Virus record (IMG/VR): IMGVR_UViG_3300046002_008717
Coordinates: 1-64,000 of that record
DNA from: a virus
DNA: 64,000 bases
Direction: 5' to 3' (one strand)
Shown here one piece after another: positions 60,634 through 64,000 of the stretch; the stretch's first letter is position 1, and every line of letters starts with the position of its first letter. The notes beneath the pieces were generated by a model that had not been told where the DNA came from, ran no database searches, and worked only from the letters and a program-made list of their open reading frames with translations. The position numbers were made by a program, and so were the translations under genes.

Positions 60634-61188
60634 ATGGCAGGATTATCACACTATAACAATGGAATATCGGCAATCAATAAACAGGAGCCTGTTTATTTGA
60701 ATCAATTCGAAGTAAGTATAATACCTCCTGGAGTTATAGCGGGAGGTAAAATATTACTGGAGCATGTCACAAAAGTTAGTGGACTTTCTCTAGATAAAAA
60801 TCCAGGAATAATACAACAGAAATTTAAATTCGCTAAAAGGAATTATGCTGGTGGTAAACCTGAGAATACCTTTATGGATTTGAGTTTAAGTTTTAATGTC
60901 AATTTGGACGAATCTAATTCAATGTATGTTTTCAAAACATTAAGACAATGGTCGGATTTAATATACAATCCGCTAACTGGAGCAATGGGATTAAAAAATG
61001 ATTACGTCGGAACTATAGTCATATCGATATTTAATAAGCAGGGTGATGTATATAGAAGAATTACATGTAAAGATGCATTTCCAATTAAACCTATAACTCC
61101 GATGAATCTAAATTATACATCTACAGATCTATATAAAATAGATGATATGGTTTGGGCAGTTGATGTTTGGGAGGATCTATTCATATAA
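60634..61188 (+). CDS. Tail tube protein, gp19-like (copy 1)
   Basis: Follows sheath; EPVYLNQFEV, LRQWSDLIYNPLTG, DYVGTI, DAFP. Confidence 0.8.
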   Translation: MAGLSHYNNGISAINKQEPVYLNQFEVSIIPPGVIAGGKILLEHVTKVSGLSLDKNPGIIQQKFKFAKRNYAGGKPENTFMDLSLSFNVNLDESNSMYVFKTLRQWSDLIYNPLTGAMGLKNDYVGTIVISIFNKQGDVYRRITCKDAFPIKPITPMNLNYTSTDLYKIDDMVWAVDVWEDLFI

Positions 61189-61203
61189 AATAATAATAAA
61201 TAA

Positions 61204-61779
61204 ATGTCAGGATTATCACATTTTAACAATTCAAAAGCGGGAATACTTAATAGAGAACCAGTTTTTCTTAACCAATTCTCTCTTATTATAAATCCTCCAG
61301 CAGGAATACTGGATGCAGGAAAACAATTTAATGGAGAAAGTATACTTGCACAGCAAGTAAAATCCATAACAGGATTGGCTGTAGATATCACACCAGCACA
61401 AACAGTGGAGCAACATTATAAATTTGCTACCAGAAGATATGCAGGCGGTGAGCCATCTACTAGTGATATGGCGTTATCTATGGAATTTGAAGTCAATTTG
61501 AATGATAAGAATTCTATGGAAGTATATAAAATATTAAGACAGTGGTCAGATTTAATCTACAACCCTCTAACTGGAGCTATGGGATTGAAAACAGATTACG
61601 TTGGATCTATGCTTATTACTGTATTTAACAAAAGAGGTGATATATTTAGAAAAATTAGAATACCATCATGTTTCTTAAGTGAAGCTATAAACCCAATGGA
61701 TCTTGATTATGAAACTCCAGCTATTTATACAATAACTGCTTCATGGATATGCGATACGTGGGAAGATTTATTCATATAA
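61204..61779 (+). CDS. Tail tube protein, gp19-like (copy 2)
   Basis: Paralog of copy 1: EPVFLNQF, LRQWSDLIYNPLTGAMGLK.DYVG, WEDLFI. Confidence 0.8.
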   Translation: MSGLSHFNNSKAGILNREPVFLNQFSLIINPPAGILDAGKQFNGESILAQQVKSITGLAVDITPAQTVEQHYKFATRRYAGGEPSTSDMALSMEFEVNLNDKNSMEVYKILRQWSDLIYNPLTGAMGLKTDYVGSMLITVFNKRGDIFRKIRIPSCFLSEAINPMDLDYETPAIYTITASWICDTWEDLFI

Positions 61780-61820
61780 ACGTTAAAGTTTTCAAAATCC
61801 GAAACCTTATGTCAATTACA

Positions 61821-61921
61821 AGCTAAGATAATTATCTAATGGGACCCGGCGATAAATACTATTACTATATAGTAATCTAAGAGGGTTTAATTTATATTCA
61901 CTAGTTGAACCCTAAACTTAT
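61821..61921. repeat. Intergenic 101-nt element, copy 2 (candidate structured ncRNA/leader)
   Basis: 99/101 identical to 23300-23400, same orientation. Confidence 0.9.
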
Positions 61922-61959
61922 TATCTAACCCCAGTTTTTGAATAAAAGTAATAATTAAT

Positions 61960-61984
61960 AAAGACCTAATTTGGTCTTTTTTTT
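61960..61984 (+). terminator. Rho-independent terminator
   Basis: aaagacc-taattt-ggtcttt followed by a T tract. Confidence 0.75.
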
Positions 61985-62030
61985 ATGTATGGTTATATAT
62001 GTAATATAATAATAAAAATTAATATAAATT

Positions 62031-63059
62031 ATGCAATTAGACATATCACCAGAAGAAATATTGAAAAATAAAGAAATGCAAGGTGGTCTTATTTATGATG
62101 AAGAAATTATAAGTGAAACACCAAAGTCTGATCTAATAGAAACTACACAAGATATAAAGGAAAGTATAGTTTTGGATCCAGAAATAATTTCTGTACCAAA
62201 AGTTGAATCTTCTCTTCCTCCTTCATTTGAATTGGGATGGAAAAATATACCGTTACATATATTACCATCTCGCGGTATTTTTTATCCAGAAGGAACTAGA
62301 ATGGCAATATATCCAGCAGAAGTTAATGAGATACGACATTATTCTACAATAGATGAAGAAGATAGACTAGGTGTCGAAGAAAAACTTGGCTATATATTAG
62401 AGAGGTGTCTTAAAATAGATTTTCCTAATGCTGGTATAGTTTCATATAAACATCTAAAACAAGAGGATAGATTTTTTGTAATAATGGCAATACGTGATTT
62501 ATCGTTCGTTGTAGGTGAAAATGTAATATTACTTACACCCAATAAAAAATGTAAAGATACAGACGAGTGTCCATTTTCTAATGGTATAGAACTTAGAACC
62601 GGTGCTCTAGATTTTTATGAGCTTGATAAGAAAGTATTAAAATATTATAATCCAAAAACTAGAAGTTTTGTATTTAATGTTAAAAAAATTAATAAAAGTA
62701 TAGAAATGTTTATACCTAGTGTAGGAATAAATCAAGCGATTACTAATTTTATGGTATATGCAAATAATAATTCTATAGAAGTGGATGAGGGTTTTATAAA
62801 AATTGCTCCTTTCCTATTTGACGATTGGCAGAAAGTAACCAATACTAGTATACTTTTAGCATTCAGAGAATCTGATAATTGGACTAAAGAAGAATATAGT
62901 TTATATTTCGAATTATCAGAAATTATAAAAATCGGTACAAAACTAGGCATTAAACAAAGATGCCCAGTTTGTGATGAGGAGGTCACTGCCGATATTGCCT
63001 TTCCCTTTGGGCTCAGATCTCTTTTCGTTATTTCAGATATCTTTGGACAATTACTTTGA
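62031..63059 (+). CDS. Baseplate hub/tail assembly chaperone, T4 gp26-like
   Basis: LPSRGIFYP, P..V.E, DRFFVIMAIR, Cys pairs including CPVC; located between tube and tape-measure-like genes. Confidence 0.7.
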   Translation: MQLDISPEEILKNKEMQGGLIYDEEIISETPKSDLIETTQDIKESIVLDPEIISVPKVESSLPPSFELGWKNIPLHILPSRGIFYPEGTRMAIYPAEVNEIRHYSTIDEEDRLGVEEKLGYILERCLKIDFPNAGIVSYKHLKQEDRFFVIMAIRDLSFVVGENVILLTPNKKCKDTDECPFSNGIELRTGALDFYELDKKVLKYYNPKTRSFVFNVKKINKSIEMFIPSVGINQAITNFMVYANNNSIEVDEGFIKIAPFLFDDWQKVTNTSILLAFRESDNWTKEEYSLYFELSEIIKIGTKLGIKQRCPVCDEEVTADIAFPFGLRSLFVISDIFGQLL

Positions 63060-63231
63060 TATTAAATTCAGATTACGGGCGGAACATAAAGTTGATATGA
63101 TATGGATAGAAAATATACCATATTACGAATATCAAATATTTCTTGACGGCTTAAATAAAAAAATAGAAAAAGATAATATGGAAGCCCAATCCAGTGATGG
63201 TGTAAAAGAGCTGTTTAACTTTAAAAAATAA
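62971..63231 (+). CDS. gp51-like small hub/assembly protein, probably a frameshift extension of the upstream gene
   Basis: SLDNYF..KF.L...HK.....IEN.PYYE..I....L pattern; overlaps upstream ORF by 89 nt in the +1 frame; true start uncertain. Confidence 0.6.
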   Translation: MMRRSLPILPFPLGSDLFSLFQISLDNYFDIKFRLRAEHKVDMIWIENIPYYEYQIFLDGLNKKIEKDNMEAQSSDGVKELFNFKK

Positions 63232-63239
63232 GATATATA
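63232..63239 (+). promoter_or_regulatory. Putative late promoter motif GATATATA
   Basis: 7 nt upstream of ATG 63247. Confidence 0.5.
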
Positions 63240-63246
63240 TTGTTAT

Positions 63247-64000
63247 ATGGCAGCAAGTGATCCCAAATTAATAGCACAATTACTAGATCTTAGTAGAAGT
63301 GTTAGCAGTCTTACATTGGAAGTTAAAAAAAATACCAATGTAAATTCCTCATTGACAGAAATAAATGAGGACATAAAAGAATCCAATGATATAGGAAAGG
63401 TTGCGGACGCTTTAAAAAATATAAATATAAAAGACCTAAAATCTGAATTTGGTTCTTTATCCAAAAGTTTAAAGGATCTTGATTTTAATAATATAGCCAA
63501 AGAATTAAAAAATATAAATACTAAATCTGATGTTCTTAAAGATCTTGATATAAAAAAAATATCAGAGGGATTAAATGGATTAAAAAAATTAGATTTTAAA
63601 AACATAGCTAAAGATATAGGTAAAGACTTCGGTAAGGACCTTATTAAAAATGTTGATCTATCTAAAGGAATAGGCGGAATTAAGGATGTAGTTTCTGGAT
63701 CTATCGGAGGTATAGGTAAAAAATTATTAGGTGCATTTGAGAACGGTGGGGATGTAAAGAAAAGTGGCAATTATTTGGTCGGAGAAAAAGGTCCGGAAAT
63801 AGTTGATCTAAAAAAAGGTGCTAATGTTATATCAAATAGTAATTTATCAGGGCTTAGCAAAAAAATTAAAGATACCCCAACAGCATCAGAAATAGAGGAA
63901 AAAAAGAAAAACCTAATTAAAGAGGATCCTGAATATTTAAGAGATCCTAAATATTTAGCTGATGAAATTGAATATTACATAGATAGCTACGATAGGAAGA
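63247..64000 (+). CDS. Tape-measure-like protein, 3'-truncated by the window (not in ORF track)
   Basis: Open frame from ATG 63247 to window end (MAASDPKLIAQLL...); helical repeats LK.LDF.NIAK and AFENGGDV...YLVGEKGPEIV motif typical of tape-measure proteins. Confidence 0.65.
   Translation, partial: MAASDPKLIAQLLDLSRSVSSLTLEVKKNTNVNSSLTEINEDIKESNDIGKVADALKNINIKDLKSEFGSLSKSLKDLDFNNIAKELKNINTKSDVLKDLDIKKISEGLNGLKKLDFKNIAKDIGKDFGKDLIKNVDLSKGIGGIKDVVSGSIGGIGKKLLGAFENGGDVKKSGNYLVGEKGPEIVDLKKGANVISNSNLSGLSKKIKDTPTASEIEEKKKNLIKEDPEYLRDPKYLADEIEYYIDSYDRK

Noticed and set aside
63243-63770. 175-aa minus-strand ORF
   Set aside because: Antisense to the open tape-measure-like frame starting at 63247, which has a recognisable motif
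1-64000. Stop-codon reassignment as in some jumbo phages
   Set aside because: Conserved genes are full length under code 11 and coding density is high

Overview
AT-rich, gene-dense segment of a large T4-like contractile-tailed (jumbo-type) phage genome. A Bacteroidota host is a tentative inference from the absence of Shine-Dalgarno sites, A/T-rich leaders and a signal peptide ending in ...AQ. Order along the window: two paralogous collagen/beta-helix fibres and an LRR protein; a PG-binding Tlde1-like enzyme; a ClpC lacking its N-domain; glycosylation cluster 1 (GT7, GT11, GT6, GT2s, methyltransferases, HAD-nucleotidyltransferase, GT-Fcl fusion, Gmd); three probable internal-head proteins; UvsX, gp41, gp47 and gp46; gp15; two very long fibres made of proline-free Gly-Thr-Ser triplets; glycosylation cluster 2 on the minus strand (GT4s, DegT, GNA1-like GNAT, GT25, TibC/AAH-type protein O-glycosyltransferase); then neck, terminase, sheath, two tubes, gp26/gp51-like genes and a partial tape-measure-like gene. 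Best candidate for a new system: phage-encoded glycosylation of its own virion, with Ser/Thr collagen-like fibres, a protein O-glycosyltransferase and an ABO/H blood-group-like enzyme set with its own GDP-fucose supply. Also notable: a 101-nt element present twice 38.5 kb apart with its own promoter-like motif, two promoter classes readable from the DNA, and a probable +1 frameshift joining gp26 and gp51. No tRNA, rRNA, CRISPR array or transposase was recognised. All family calls are by-eye motif recognition, not database searches.
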